64,000 bases of DNA from Hemiscyllium ocellatum (GCF_020745735.1 NC_083409.1:85022048-85086047); one strand, 5' to 3'. Positions 1 to 13,200 are shown, counted from the first letter of the stretch. Numbers and translations: made by a program. Notes: generated by a model not told the origin, from the sequence alone.

Positions 1-905
1 CTGTTTGTCATTTTTATGAATGACTTAGACGCAAGCATAGGTGATGGGTTAATAAGTTTGCAGATGACACTAAATTCGGTGGAGTAATGGATAGTGTGGA
101 AGAATGTTGCAGGTTACAGGGGGACTTGGATAAAATGCAGAATTGGGCTGAGAGGTGGCAAATGGAGTTCAAATCAGATAAATGTGAGGTGATTCACTTT
201 GGGAAGAAGAACAAGAAGGCAGAAAACTGGGTCAATGGAGAGATTCTTGGTAGTGTGGATGTGCAGAGGGATCTTGGAGTCCATGTACATAGACCCTGAA
301 AGTTGCCACCCAGGTTGATAGTGCTGTTAAGAAGGCATACGGTGTGCTAAGTTTTATTGGTAGAGGGATTGAGTTCTGGAGCCATAATGTCATGCTGCAA
401 ATGTACAAAATGCTAGTGCAGTCGCACTTGTAATATTGTGTCTAGTTCTGGTTGCCCCATTACAGGAAGGATATGAAAGCATTGGAAAAAGTGCAGAGGA
501 GCTTTACTGGGATGTTGCCTGGTCCAGAGGGAAGGTATTATGAGGAAAGGCTAAGAAATTTGGTTTGTTCTCATTGGAAAAATGAAGGCTAAGAGGGGAT
601 TTGCTAGAGATGTACAAGATGATCAGAGGATTAAATAGGGTAGACAGTGAAAATCTTTTTCCTAGGATGATGACATCAGCTTGTATGAGGGGGGGAATAG
701 CTGCAAATTGAGGGGTAATAGATGTCAGAGAGTGGTAAGGATATGGAATGCCCTACCTGTCAATGTAGTTAACTCAGCCACATTAGGGAGATTTAAACAA
801 TCCTTGGATAAGCACATGGATGATGATGGGATACTGTAGGGGATGGGCTTAGATTAGTTCACAGGTCGGCATAACATCGAGGGTTGAAGGGCCTGTTCTG
901 CATGT
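1..905 (+). mobile_element. CR1 LINE 3' fragment (decayed RT)
   Basis: KFADDTK motif, LQGDLDKMQNWAERWQMEF..KCEVIHFG, 3' end gaagggcctgttctg. Confidence 0.85.
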
Positions 906-909
906 GTTT

Positions 910-1400
910 TTCTGAATGGGTTCAGAAAAAATTTACAAGGATGTTGCCAGGGTTGGTGGATTTGAGTTATAGGAAGAGGTTGAATAGGCTGGGGCTGTTT
1001 TCCCTGGAGCATCGGAGGCTGAGGGATGATCTGACAGAGATTTATAAAATCATGAGGGGCATAGATAGGATAAATGGGCAAGGTCTTTTCCTGGGGTGGG
1101 GAAGTCCAGAACTCAAGGGTATAGGTTTAGGGTGAGAGGGGCAAGATATAAAAGAGATCTAAGGGGCAATCTTTTCACACAGGATGGTGCGTGTGTGGAA
1201 TGAACAGCCAGAGGAAGTAGTGGAGACTGGTACAACTGCAACATTTAAAAGAGATTTAGATGGGTATATGAATAGGAAGGGTTTGGAGAGATATGGGCCG
1301 AGTGCTGACAGGTGGGACCAGATTGGGTTGGGATATTTGGTCGGCATGGGTGGGTTGGGATGAAGGATCTGTTTCCATGCTGTACATTTCTATGACTCTC
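910..1400 (+). mobile_element. CR1 LINE 3' fragment
   Basis: VQKKFTRMLPG...LGLFSLEHRRLRDDL; tail (tctatgac). Confidence 0.85.
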
Positions 1401-1937
1401 TGACACAATGTGTGACATCTCTGGTAAGTTGATTGTAGCCATTTAAAGTGTTCGTTTTCATTTTAAAACCATTTTAGTCCACAAAAGTCCCAGGTATTAA
1501 AACCAGATTTACAGAATTGGAAAACTGATCGTTCATATTTTATCCGTTTTATTTACAATTCTGTTTGTGCTTTTCATGAAATCCCAAACATCTCAAAGCC
1601 ATGAAGTACTTTTGAAATGTAGTCACTGTTGTAATGCAGAAAATGACCCATCACAAAATCTATTGTTACGTGACTATGGATCACACTGAGGCAGATGCCC
1701 TTATACTACTGGAGATGTGTTATATTTGAAGAAAGAGCAATGCTTTTTCTTAGGATGACTGGAATTATATAAACTCATACAAGTTAGCAACAGGCTTGGG
1801 TCATTTCGCCCCTCAAGCCTACTCTTCCATTCAAGATGATAATAACTGATCTGATTAAAACTTAATTCTATTTTCCTGATCCCAAAACCACTGACTTCCT
1901 TGGAAATCAAAAATCTAACTCAGCCTTGAATATGACC

Positions 1938-2541
1938 CATGATTTGGAGATGCCAGTGTTGGACTGGGATGTACTAAGTTAAAAATCACACAACACCAGG
2001 TTATAGTCCAACAGGTTTATTTGGAAGCACTAGCTTTCAGAGCACTGCTCCTTCATCAGGTGATTGTGGAGGGCACAATTGTAAGGCACAGGATTTATAG
2101 CAAAAATTTACAGTGTGATGTAACTGAAGTTATACATTGAAAAGTAACTTGATTGTTTGTTGAGTCTTTCATCTGTTTGAATACCATGATAGTTTCACTT
2201 CTTTCATGTGTAAATTAGAAAACCTTTTTTAAAAAAAAATGCATTGTCAGGTTAGCTGTAACAATTGGACCTGACAATGCAATTTTTAAAAAAGGTTTTC
2301 TGAATTACACATGAAAGAAGTGAAACTATCATGGTATTCGAACAGATGAAAGACTCAACAGACAATCAAGGTATTTTTCAATGTATAATTTCAGTTACAT
2401 CACACTGTAAATTTTTGCTATAAATCCTGTGCCTTACAATTGTGCCCTCCACAATCACCTAATGAAGGAGTGGCGCTCTGAAAGCTAGTGCTTCCAGTTA
2501 AACCTGTTGGACTATAACCTGGTGTTGTGTGATTTTTAACT
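1938..2541. mobile_element. Palindromic Penelope-like element derivative (about 270 bp inverted arms)
   Basis: About 1977-2252 is the reverse complement of about 2269-2542; TSD ttgaatatgacc (1926-1937) / ttgaatacgacc (2542-2553); hammerhead motif in each arm. Confidence 0.8.
2028..2062 (-). ncRNA. Minimal hammerhead ribozyme motif (family A)
   Basis: cac-CUGAUGA-A-GGAGC-agu-GCUCU-GAAA-GC-UA-gug: core intact, stem I cac/gug, palindromic AGCU stem III. Confidence 0.7.
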
Positions 2542-2842
2542 TTGAATACGACCAACCTCTAATTGTCTGGGTTAGAGAATTACGGGGATTACTGACCCCA
2601 CAAGATGTGAAAATCTTTCTCATCTTTGTCATAAATTGTCTCCACTTAAATAAACCTGCAGTAATGAACTCTCTTTAACTTACAATGAAGTGTGCCACCG
2701 AATAAAGTAGGAAGAGTTAGGCTGTCAGTGCACACCCATGTCAAGTCCCTCCCACACTGGAGAGTCCAGGAGACACACGGAAGATGAACCTTCATATTTG
2801 GACCACATGCGTAAATAGAAAGAGTTTCCTCTTCAGTAAAGG

Positions 2843-3400
2843 ATGGGGGAAGACACAGAACGCGACATCGAGGAGATCATTCAGGAGATGGATTACATCC
2901 CCGGGCACTTCCACTTGGAACTGAATTTAAACTTCGAGCCTCTCCAACCCGAGAGGCTGCGGCGGAGAGATGCGAAGCTGAAGCGGGAGAGCTTGCAGCT
3001 GGAGGCGGATGATGGCGCTCAGCGCTTCGCTGTGCGGAACCTGCTGGGGGTCTTCGCCTTCTACCTGGAGGAGTACCCGGCGGCCGAGGAGATCTTTTCC
3101 AGCGTCTGCCAGGAGGAGCCGGGCAACCTCAATGCCTGGGCCAACCTGGGCTATGTGTACGACCGGCTGCAGAAGGAAGGGCAGGCGGCCGAGTGCCTGG
3201 AGCGGCTCTCCCAGCTGATGGCTGGGGAAGAGGGGGGCGAGGCCGAGTCCCTGAGCCCGCTCCGTGCGGCCAGGTGCCTGGCTGAACAGGCCTATGCCAG
3301 CGCCTTCGATGTGGGACTGCAGAGCGAGGAGGAACACGCTACGAAACTGAGCACAGCCATCAAACTCTATGATAAAGCCTTGCGTTATGGCAAGAACATG
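2843..3400 (+). CDS. TTC22: Tetratricopeptide repeat protein 22, coding exon 1
   Basis: ATG at 2843; MDYIPGHFHLELNLNFEP...AVRNLLGVFAFYLEE...NLNAWANLGYVY matches the TTC22 N-terminus; GC/CpG-rich; donor GTGAGG at 3401, phase 0. Confidence 0.93.
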
Positions 3401-4186
3401 GTGAGGCAGAGGGAGATGTGGTCCTCTCATGGGCTTTTTGCAGCTGGTGCCTTCATTGATGACAATTTATTTTCTCTTATTCCACTAGTCTGTGAGACCA
3501 CAAATTTAAAAAGAAGTTTATCCCTAATTGCTCTCGAGAAATTGCTGCTGAGCCACCCTTTTTCACTGCAATCAGTGGGAAGGGTTTGGTACTGCTCAGG
3601 GACTGAACTCCAAGAATTTGACCCAGATTTAGTTTCAAGTTCAGGGTTCTGGAGGGAAACTTGCAGGTGGTGATGTTTTGAGCTGCTATCCTTGCCTTTC
3701 TACAACGATTCTCCCTCATCCAACGTTTCAGAAATAATCCTCTTTCCCACCTTCTAGCCTGGGCTGAAGTATCTTTAAGATGTGAGATCAAATATAGAGG
3801 TGTAAACTTGCTCCTTCCTCTAATATTAGTGTTGCAGCAAACCTTTCATTACTTCAATTTGGTGTAAGATAGTCAATAATAATAATTTAAAAAGTAATTG
3901 CCCATATAAAAGGGAAGATGGTTCTTCAGACCTGATGATGAAGTGGAAACTTTCAGAAGGGAATTGGATATTTATTTGAATTGGAAAAAAATGCAGGTCC
4001 ACATGGAAAGAACAGGGAAGTGGGATTATTTAAAATTATTTCAACAAGGCATGACTGAATGAGCTTTTTCTGTGCCACATAGTTTTGAGGAAATTAGTCT
4101 CTGACAAGACAATGAATGATTACTTGATCCCAAGTTTCTGTCATTGCTGCTGTATTTATGATCAGTTAGCTCAGTTGGGTGGATGG

Positions 4187-4411
4187 AGAAAGTGAAGTCT
4201 GCAGATGCTGGAGATCAGAGCTGAAAATGTGTTGCTGGAAAAGTGCAGCAGGTCAGGCAGCATCCGAGGAACAGGAAATTCGACATTTCGGGCATAAGCC
4301 CTTCATCAGGAACTCTTTCCTGATGAAGGGCTTATGTCCGAAACGTCGAATTTCCTGTTCCTCGGATGCTGCCTGACCTGCTGCACTTTTCCAGCAACAC
4401 ATTTTCAGCTC
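4187..4411. mobile_element. Short palindromic PLE derivative inserted in a tRNA-SINE head
   Basis: About 95 bp inverted arms (4218-4312 / 4317-4411) with 4-nt spacer; direct repeat agctcagttgggtggatgg at 4168-4186 and 4407-4425. Confidence 0.8.
4317..4350 (+). ncRNA. Minimal hammerhead ribozyme motif (family B); antisense twin at 4278-4312
   Basis: uuc-CUGAUGA-A-GGGC-uuau-GUCC-GAAA-C-GUC-gaa: GUC cleavage triplet and ACGU palindrome. Confidence 0.72.
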
Positions 4412-4917
4412 AGTTGGGTGGATGGCTAGTTTGCTGTGCAGAGTGATGCCAACAGCATGGAACTATAAATTCTGTGTCCTATGATCCTATCCCACCAGCT
4501 ACCTGATGAAGGGTCAGTTAGACTCGAAACATCAGCTCTTTTCTCTCCTTACAGATGCTGCCAGACCTGCTGAGATTTTCCAGCATTTCCTCTCTTTGGG
4601 CTCTGAAAGCTTGTTGGACAGGAAATAAATCTGTTGGACTATAACCTGGTGTTATGTGATTTTAACTTGTTAAGTGTATGGCGACTTTGGCTGTTAATGG
4701 CCAATTGTGTAACTAGCCCCAGAGAACCAAGAGAAGGATCTTCAAGTTACGCTGTCAGCATAATAAACATTGTAAGGTTAAACTATATTATACATATATT
4801 TAAGAATGAGAATCCACTTTGACTGAGCTTCCAATTTGAAAGCCAATATTCCAACATATTTACAATGGGTTGAATGGCATCCTTCTGTGCTTAAGTTTCT
4901 ATTTTTTTTTATTGCAG

Positions 4918-4973
4918 ATAACATCAGAAGAAAAAAGGAGTTGGTATTTCACAATGGCCATCATGTATATTAG
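4918..4973 (+). CDS. TTC22: TTC22 coding exon 2
   Basis: poly-T ttgcAG acceptor, ITSEEKRSWYFTMAIMYI(R), GTAAG donor; phase consistent. Confidence 0.9.
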
Positions 4974-5325
4974 GTAAGACAATTTGTCACTTTGCAGCTA
5001 ATCCTTACATAAAATTGCATTCACTTGCCAAATATCATCTATTGTGATTCAGAGATCAGTGAGTCCTTTGTGTCAAGATAAAACGAATTCTGCTAGATAA
5101 ACCCAGTGTCATTGGCAAATATTAACTGAAATAAATACATGAAGGAGAAAGGAATAAAATGATCTAGTGAGATGTGGGAGTACATAGAAATGGAGGAAAA
5201 CATTGACATTGCCTTATTGGGCAGCATAGCTCAGTTCTGCACTGTAAGTGTAATATAAGAAGTGATCTGTTACTGCATATATTTTACTGGACTGGCTGAC
5301 ATACCAGATAGATGAGGAAAAGCCA

Positions 5326-5830
5326 GCAGTAGGAAGGATGTGATTACATTGGAAGGGGTGCAGAGAGGATGTGCAAGGCTGTTGCCTGGGATGGAGTGGT
5401 TTAGCCATGAAGAGAGGCTGGAATAAGCTTGGATTGTTTTCTTTAGAGCAGAGAAGGCTGAGAGGTGACTTAATTGAGGTGTATACAACTGAGGGCCATG
5501 GGCAGGTTAGGCAGGAAGCAGCTGTTCCTCTTAATTAAAGGGTTAATCAAGGGGGCATAGTTTTAAAGTGAAAGCAGCAGATTTAGAGGAGATTTGAGGA
5601 TTTTTTTTCACCCACAAATTGGTAGGAATTTGGAATGCACTACTTGGAATGCTAGTTGAGGCGGGAAATCTCCCAACCTTTAAAAAGTACTTGGATGAGC
5701 ACTTGAAATGTCATAACAAGGCTCTGGATGACGTACCAGGAAGTGGGACTAATGTAGATTTACAGAATGTTATTTTTCAGTGCAGACTTGATGGACCGAA
5801 GGGTCTTTTCTGTATTATATGATTCTATTA
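5326..5830 (+). mobile_element. CR1 LINE 3' fragment
   Basis: aggaaggatgtgattacattggaaggggtgcagag...; MVGIWNAL..FKKYLDEHL. Confidence 0.75.
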
Positions 5831-6064
5831 TTCAATCTCTGTGCCTCTCCTTGAAAAACCTTCATCATTTTCATCTGTTCAGGAAACTTTCAGCCACTGT
5901 GTTAGTTCTCTCTTCCTGCTTGAGCATCCAAATTCTATTTCTTTACAGTAAAGAAGGTTTGACACGCAAGTAATGGCTGCTTTCTTTCACAACATTATTG
6001 TGAGTTGTATGAGCACATGGCAGTAACTGGCATGTTGGATTGTTCAAAATGACCAGTTATGAAG

Positions 6065-8430
6065 TCATAGAGTCATAGAGGTGTACAGCACGGAAACAGA
6101 CCCTTCGGTCCAACTTATCAATGCAGAACAGATATACCAACCCAACCTAGTCCCACTTGCCAGCACCCGGCCCATATCCCTCCAAACCCTTCCTATTCAT
6201 ATACCCATCCAAATGTCCTTTAAATGTTGCAATTGTACCAGCCTCCACCACTTCCTCTGGCAGCTCATTCCATACACATACCACACTCTGTGTGAAAAAG
6301 TTGCTCTTTCGGTCCCGTTTGAAACTTTCCGCTCTCCCCTTAACCCAATGCCCTCTCTAGATTTGGAGTCCCCCACCCTGGGGAAAACCCTATCCATGCC
6401 CCTCATGATTTGCTGTTGCTGGCTCTTCAGTTTAAAAATTTTGAGTTCCTCCGTAGGCAACATTGATACACTTATTTAAAGAAACAGAAGCTTACATTCA
6501 TCTTGTGTGATTTTTGATATTTGATTTCATGTTCATGTTTCTAAAATTACTGTAAAGGTTCAGCATAAGTACTTAGAACATAGAACGGTACACCACAGGA
6601 AGAGACCCTTCGGTCCACTAGGTCTATGCCAACCATGATGCCATTCTAAACGAATTCCATCTTCCTACACATGGTCCACATCACTCTATCCTCTGCCTGT
6701 TCAAGTGTATATATAAATGCCTCTTAAACTTTGCTTCTAGCACCCCCTCCGGCACTGTCTTCCAGGCACCTACCAATTTTATGTTTTGCTTTTAAAAACT
6801 TTCCTCATACATTTCCTTGATGTTTTTCCGCTCTCACTTTAAACCTTTGCCCCCTAGTATTTGACATTTCTGCCTTGCGAAAAAGGCTCTGACTGTCCTC
6901 CCTATCCATGCCTCTCAATTTTACACTTGTACCAGCTCTAGCAAAAACAATCCAAGTTTGTCCAGCCTCTCCTTATAGCTAATACACTCCAATCCAGGCA
7001 ACATCCTGGTCAACCTCTTTTGCACCCTCTTCCGAAGTCCCCACATCCTTCTGATAGTGTGTCGGTCAGAACTGCATGCAAATACTTCAAGTGTGGCTTC
7101 ACTAAAGTCTTATACAGCCGCATTATAACTTTTATACCCACCGCCTCGAACGATGGAGACAAGCATGCCATTCACCTTCTTTACCACCTTATCCACTTGT
7201 GCTGCCGCTTTCAGGGAAATATGGACTTGGACCCAAAGGTCCCTCTGTCCCTCCTAATGGTCTTGCCATTTACTATAGACTTTCCTCTTACATTTGGCCT
7301 CTCAAAATGCATCACTTCATGCTTGCCATTTCTGCATCCAACATTCCAACTGATCTGTATTCTGTTGTTTTCCCTGATAATCTTCCTCACTGACCAAAAC
7401 TCCACAAACTTTCAAGTTGGTCTGATTAGTAATACTGCAGACATCCACAATAGAAGTACCAGAAATTATCCTTGTGTGACACCATTGATTACAGACCTCC
7501 AGTCAGAAAAACATCCCTCCACAACTACTTTCTCTCTTCAATGGCCAAGTCAATTTTGAGTCAAACTTGCCAACTCACCATGGATTCTTTGCGACTTAAA
7601 CTTCTGGACCAGCCTACCATGAGGGATCTTGTCAAATGCTTTAGTAAAGTAGACAACATCCACTGCCCTACCTTCATCAATCACCTTCGTCACTTCCTCA
7701 AAAAAACTCAATCAATTTTGTGAAACAAGATCTCCCCTGCGCAAAGCCATGCTGACTAACCTTAATAAGTCAATTCTTCTCCAAATGTGAGTAAATCCTG
7801 AACTTATGAATCTTCTCCAATAACTTGCCTACCACTGATATAAGACTCACTGCCCTATAATATTTTTGGATTCTCCCTGTTGCCCTTCTTCAACAAAAGA
7901 ACAACGTTGGCTATTCTCCAGTCTCTGGGACCTCGCCTATGGCTAAAGAGGATACAATGATCAGTGTCAAGGTCCCAGCAATCTTCTCCCTTGCTCCCCT
8001 CAGTATCCTGGATAGATCCCATGAGGCCTTGGGGACATATCTATCTTAATGTTTTCTAGACATCCAAACACCCTCAACACACTCCTCTCTCTAATCTTAC
8101 CATCACTGATATCTTCACCTTGGTGAATACCAATATAAAGTACTCATTAAGGACCTTACCCACTTCCCCTGGCTTCATGCATTAATTTCATTCTTTGTCC
8201 TTGAGTGGACCTACCCTTTCTCATGTTAGCCTCTTGTTCCTCATTTGTGTATAAAATGCTTTCGGATTCTTCTTAATTCAACTTGCCAAGGATATTTCAT
8301 GACCTTTTTTTAGACCGCCTAATATCTTGTTTAAGTTCTTTTCTGTTTCCTTTGTACTTCTCAAAAGCCTTGTTTGGTTTCAGTCTCCTAAATGTTACAT
8401 ATGCTTCCTTTTCCTTTTTGACTACCACAG
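6065..8430 (-). mobile_element. Cluster of CR1 LINE fragments (6065-6410 and about 6575-8430)
   Basis: Reverse-complement CR1 3' tails (gtcatagagtcatagag; agaacatagaac) and RT remnants. Confidence 0.75.
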
Positions 8431-8832
8431 TACCATAAGAACTCTTTCACTCATCAGGGTTTTTTTTCCCCACCTGAATCAACCCATTCAGAGATATTAT
8501 TACACAACTCTGGAGCAGATAAGACTTGAACCCAAGCCTCCTTGCTTAGAAGTAGTGACACTGCCACTACACCACAAACTCCTTTTAGGGCAATGTCCTA
8601 GCCCAAACCATCTTCAGCTGCTTTCTAATGACCTTCTCCCATTGTAAGGTGAGAAGTGTGAATGTTCGCTGATGATTGCACACGTTCACGATGAGTTTCC
8701 TACTGAAACAGTCTGGGTTCATATGCAGCAAGACCTGACAACATTCAGGCTTAGGGTGACAAGTGTCAAGTAACATTCAAGCTGCACAAGTGCCAGTACT
8801 AATGGGAATGTACTTTAACACTGTAAAGATTG

Positions 8833-9030
8833 CAGATGGTCCCCAACTTATGAACGCCCAACTTACGAATACTCATTTATGAACGAGATCCCACACGATG
8901 GTGTATTAATACTAATGTGAAAGTTAGCTCTTACATATGAGTGGCTATTTTATGTTATACTATAAGTTTTATGTTATAACTTACAAATATCCTTGTGAAC
9001 AGAAAATATTTATAACCTGGGGACTGCCTG
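8833..9030. mobile_element. Tc1/mariner (Tigger-like) MITE
   Basis: TIR cagatggtccccaacttat / ttataacctggggactgcctg followed by TA. Confidence 0.6.
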
Positions 9031-9347
9031 TAGTTATGAATTAGGCTGACTGGGTCACATTTATATGATCCTGCTTCTAACAGTTATCATTTTTGGGATT
9101 AAGACAAATACTGGGATGAGGTTTGATGTATCAGACGAAATAGTGGACAATTCTGTCTGTTATCACATGGCCCCACTAATGATATTATGACATTGCGTAC
9201 TACTTTTCTCTCTGCCCTAGAAATGCTCCATTCCCTGTGTTGCCTGTTCCTGGTGGAGTCTTGGCTAATTTTCTTACCAGATGATGTTTGTCTAATCTGA
9301 GAGTGAAAGAGCTAATGCTTTCTCTTTCTTTTCGTTTCCTCCCATAG

Positions 9348-9463
9348 ACTGGATGGAATGTTAATGAACAAGGATCCCTTCGCTTCTAAGCGACTACTGT
9401 TTCTCAATAGGTCATTAGTATTACTACGGGAGGTTCTGAAGTCTGACAGTGCTCAATATAAAG
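9348..9463 (+). CDS. TTC22: TTC22 coding exon 3
   Basis: pyrimidine tract plus AG; LDGMLMNKDPFASKRLLFLNRSLVLLREVLKSDSAQYK; GT at 9464. Confidence 0.88.
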
Positions 9464-10714
9464 GTAGTATAAGAAATGGTGAACCCCCCCCCTTTAAGAT
9501 TGAAAGTTGCATAGCAATGATAATAATACGTTTGTCTAAACCTTTGCCAATGAATCAATGTTTATAATGTACAAACAAAAGAGCCAATACATGTATGTTC
9601 TGAGCAGAAATGAGGCAGACAGGTAGTTTAAATTGCCCAATGATTTACTGGTTCGCAGTCCTTTTTTCAACAGAAATTCCCTTCACTAATTTGAACCTGA
9701 ATGCCAAGAGCTTTTCCTTTGTTTATTGGTTGTGTCCTCCTACTGCCCAGCAATTTTCCACTTCCATCCGTCTGCGAATTGTCACAGTTTTGGAAGGAAT
9801 GTGCAATGAAGTCTGGGAATTAAAGTCACTCTGGCCTCACATTGCCACTTTTAGGTCTTCTTTATCCTCCAAACTTCCTGACTCTCCTACTCCTCCAGTT
9901 TGTACCTGGGTTCAGAACGAGGTGAACGTTATCAGAGAATGATGTTCTGAGCAACTTAAGAAGCTGAGGCGATTGGGAAATATCTTACCAAGTTGTTTAT
10001 TTCAAATAAACAGTCTAGGGACTGAATATGGTTTGACTTATAATCCTCTGCAAATAGATTTGTAATGTGACTGTCATGTACTTGCACTTATAATGAATCT
10101 CATTTGAAATAAATGAACAGAAGTAGCCTATTTTGTCCTGGAGCATGTTATGCCATTGGGTGAGAACATGGCTAGCCTGTATTCTAACTCCAGATACCTG
10201 CCTTTGCTGTATTTCCTTTAATAACTTTGATTTTAATGTTAAAACTGTTTGTTGTTAACAATAAATCTAATGATTATTGCCACTTACATAACAGTATTCC
10301 AGACTTCTGCCTTTTTTTCTGCGCAGAAGTGTTTCCTAATTTCACTGGCTTCAATGTTTAAGTTATGCCCCTTGTCGCAGAGTTCTGATGGACAGAAATA
10401 AATTCTCTCTACCCTTTTTTGATGACTTGAGAACATTAATCATAATCACAAAGTATTTGTTACAATGCGTCACAAGATATGAGAGGAATGTTCTCGGATA
10501 TGGTATAAAAGGGACAGTAATAACATGGAGACAATATTAGCTAAGTGTTAGGAAACAGACAGTAATGGTCCGTGGATATTTTATGGGTTGGAGGAATGTT
10601 TGCAGTGGAGTTCCACAAGGGTCAGCATTGGGACCCTTGCTTTTCCTGCTGTATATTAATGATCTGGATCATGCAGGAGACAATAAGCAACTGCTTGGCT
10701 GTATGCTGACGTAA

Positions 10715-10858
<144 letters not shown>

Positions 10859-11649
10859 TAGTTGATTTTAGCCAGAGATGGGAATAATAACAAAAGATTG
10901 TTCTAAGAAATGTTAATTATTGACCCATTGTCTGAGGTGGGGAGGTAATAAACAGAGAAAAGAGAGCAGAACTTATAAATTGCAGACCAAACTCCTTCCC
11001 TAAGTATTCTGTTCACATACCGAACAAAGAAAGATGTGTTTGTAGCTGAATCTATTTGGGGTACACACTCAATCAGGCAGATGAATTAAATGATCACTGT
11101 CTCAGATGTGATGTCCATAACATTATTATGTGATGTGGCTGTGAGGAGAGATATTGGGAGGTTTGTTGTCTCCTGCGTAAAAGAGTTGGCAGTTTTTAAG
11201 TTGCTTTTCGGTTTGTGAACTGAGAAGTCAGGTGACGGTTTCTCTATGCTAAACTGCTGTGGAAATGATGTTCTTATTATATTACTCATCAAAGGACCTT
11301 CCTTAAAAGAAAACATCAATTATAAATAAACTTTGATACAATTAAACTTAACGCATTGTATTTTATATTTTTCTCCCTCAAGTAACAACACTGATGACCT
11401 TAAACTTAAAGGCTCAGAATGTTATGGCTTATAATATAGAACGAAAATACTTGGGAATTTTCCTATTTTGGAATAGTAAGACAATCTTTTAAATTCAATG
11501 TGTTTGTTAAAAACAGATGTAATGAGAATCTGTCTATGATAGTTTGGAATCAAAAGCTAGGAAGTAAAATGTTAAGAGGCTTTCAAAAAGGAGAGCATTT
11601 GAATATAGCTAGACACATCCAGGTCGTGGGAAAGGAAGAGATTCCAAAC

Positions 11650-12213
11650 CTAGGAATGCTTGGATGACAAGATGGATTAAAATGAAACTGGAAGAAGAAG
11701 CTTATGACAAATGATAGGTGCAGAATGCAATAAAGAACCATGCAATGCAAATATTGCACCCCTTTCTATTGAAGGGATGAGGGATAAATCTGGCAATGAA
11801 AGTCAATTTAGTATCAGTAGTGATGGAAGTTGAAGATAGTAATTGATATTTAAGCTAATATTTTAAAAAATCAGAAAGAATTTGCAAAAGGCCAATTGCT
11901 TGTTTAATTAGTTGCAAATTGTTACAATCTGCAGTGCTCTATCTGGAAGTTGGTGGAAGCAAATGTAATAATAATTTTCAAAATAGTTACGGGAGAGAGT
12001 GAAGGACTGGGACTGATTAGTTACATTCTTAATATGCCATGTCGTTATGGTGACAGGAAAGTCTGACATATCTAGAAATCCTTGGATGACGAGATGGATT
12101 AAAATGAAACTGGAAGAAGAAGCTTATGACAAATGATAGGTGCAGATTACAGTAAAGAACCATGCAATGCAAATATTGCACCCCTTTCTATTGAAGGGAT
12201 GAAGATAACTCTG
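11650..12213 (+). repeat. Dispersed direct duplication of about 140 bp (11650-11792 and 12072-12213)
   Basis: Two copies of cttggatgac.agatggattaaaatgaaactggaagaagaagcttatgacaaatgatagg...gaagggatga with few mismatches. Confidence 0.9.
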
Positions 12214-13200
12214 ATTAAATTAAGTCAAGGAATACGTACTTTCATTCTGGTGTGCAGCACAAGCCAGGAGAATCATATGGGTTTATAAATGTGCTGGGAA
12301 CTGGTGGAATTACCCTCACCTGAGTTTCTGTGCAAAGCAAACAGAAGAACATTTCCATATTCCCCATTTGGTTCTTGCCTCATGAATTACCTGGCAAAGT
12401 CATCGTGACGCATTTCTCATTTCTGCCATTCACTGGCTCAATTGCAATAAGATCTAAATCCTTCTCAATTCATTAATGCCGTTCTGCACTACTTTGAAGA
12501 TAGGAAATTGGCCAAGAGAACATTGGAATAATAACATTTCAAGATATTAAAGATGTGGATGAGGATTTCAGGCACAAGCTGGGGAGTCTGATGCTGTTAC
12601 AGAGACAGGTAAATAGTTTTGGAAATGGAGAGGACCTACAGTTGAAGTTCATCTTGGTGTTAGATATAACATCAAACTTATGAACAGTCTGTTTCAGTAA
12701 GAAAAGATTGCTAGGGATAGGAAAGGATTTGGTGAGTAAAGAATGGAACTTGTAGTGTGAGGAGGATGGTAGGGGGTTGGGGAGATGCAAAAGACAATGA
12801 GATTTGGCCTTTCCAATTTTATAATTGCTAGTCGAAATCTCTGCTCATTTTGTACTGGATGCTGGATAGCCATGACAAATCGTGAACAATTTTAAGAGTA
12901 TCTAAGCTTTTTATAATCATGTTTTTCTTCCATGGCTTTCTTCTTTCTTCTTGTTACCAACTGAAATTCCAGAAAGAAGCAAATGTATTTCTCATTGTAT
13001 TAGTAAACATGTAGAGAATACTGCAGTCTCCAAATTCATGAAAAGCCATCTAGTGGTAGCACTGTGCAGCTTCCGGCATCCACACCTGTACAAGTGATTC
13101 GTGAAAGAGAATGATTTGGACATGCTGGTATTGGACTGGGGTTGTATAAAGTTAAAAATCATACAACACAAGGTTATAGTCCAACAGGGTTAATTAGAAG

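Noticed and set aside
2927-3430. 167-aa antisense ORF over TTC22 exon 1 (and antisense ORFs over PARS2)
   Set aside because: Shadow ORFs expected from GC-rich coding sequence; no recognisable motifs.
3401-3673. Continuation of the 276-aa ORF past 3400
   Set aside because: Read-through into intron 1; TTC22 similarity stops at the GTGAGG donor and resumes at 4918.
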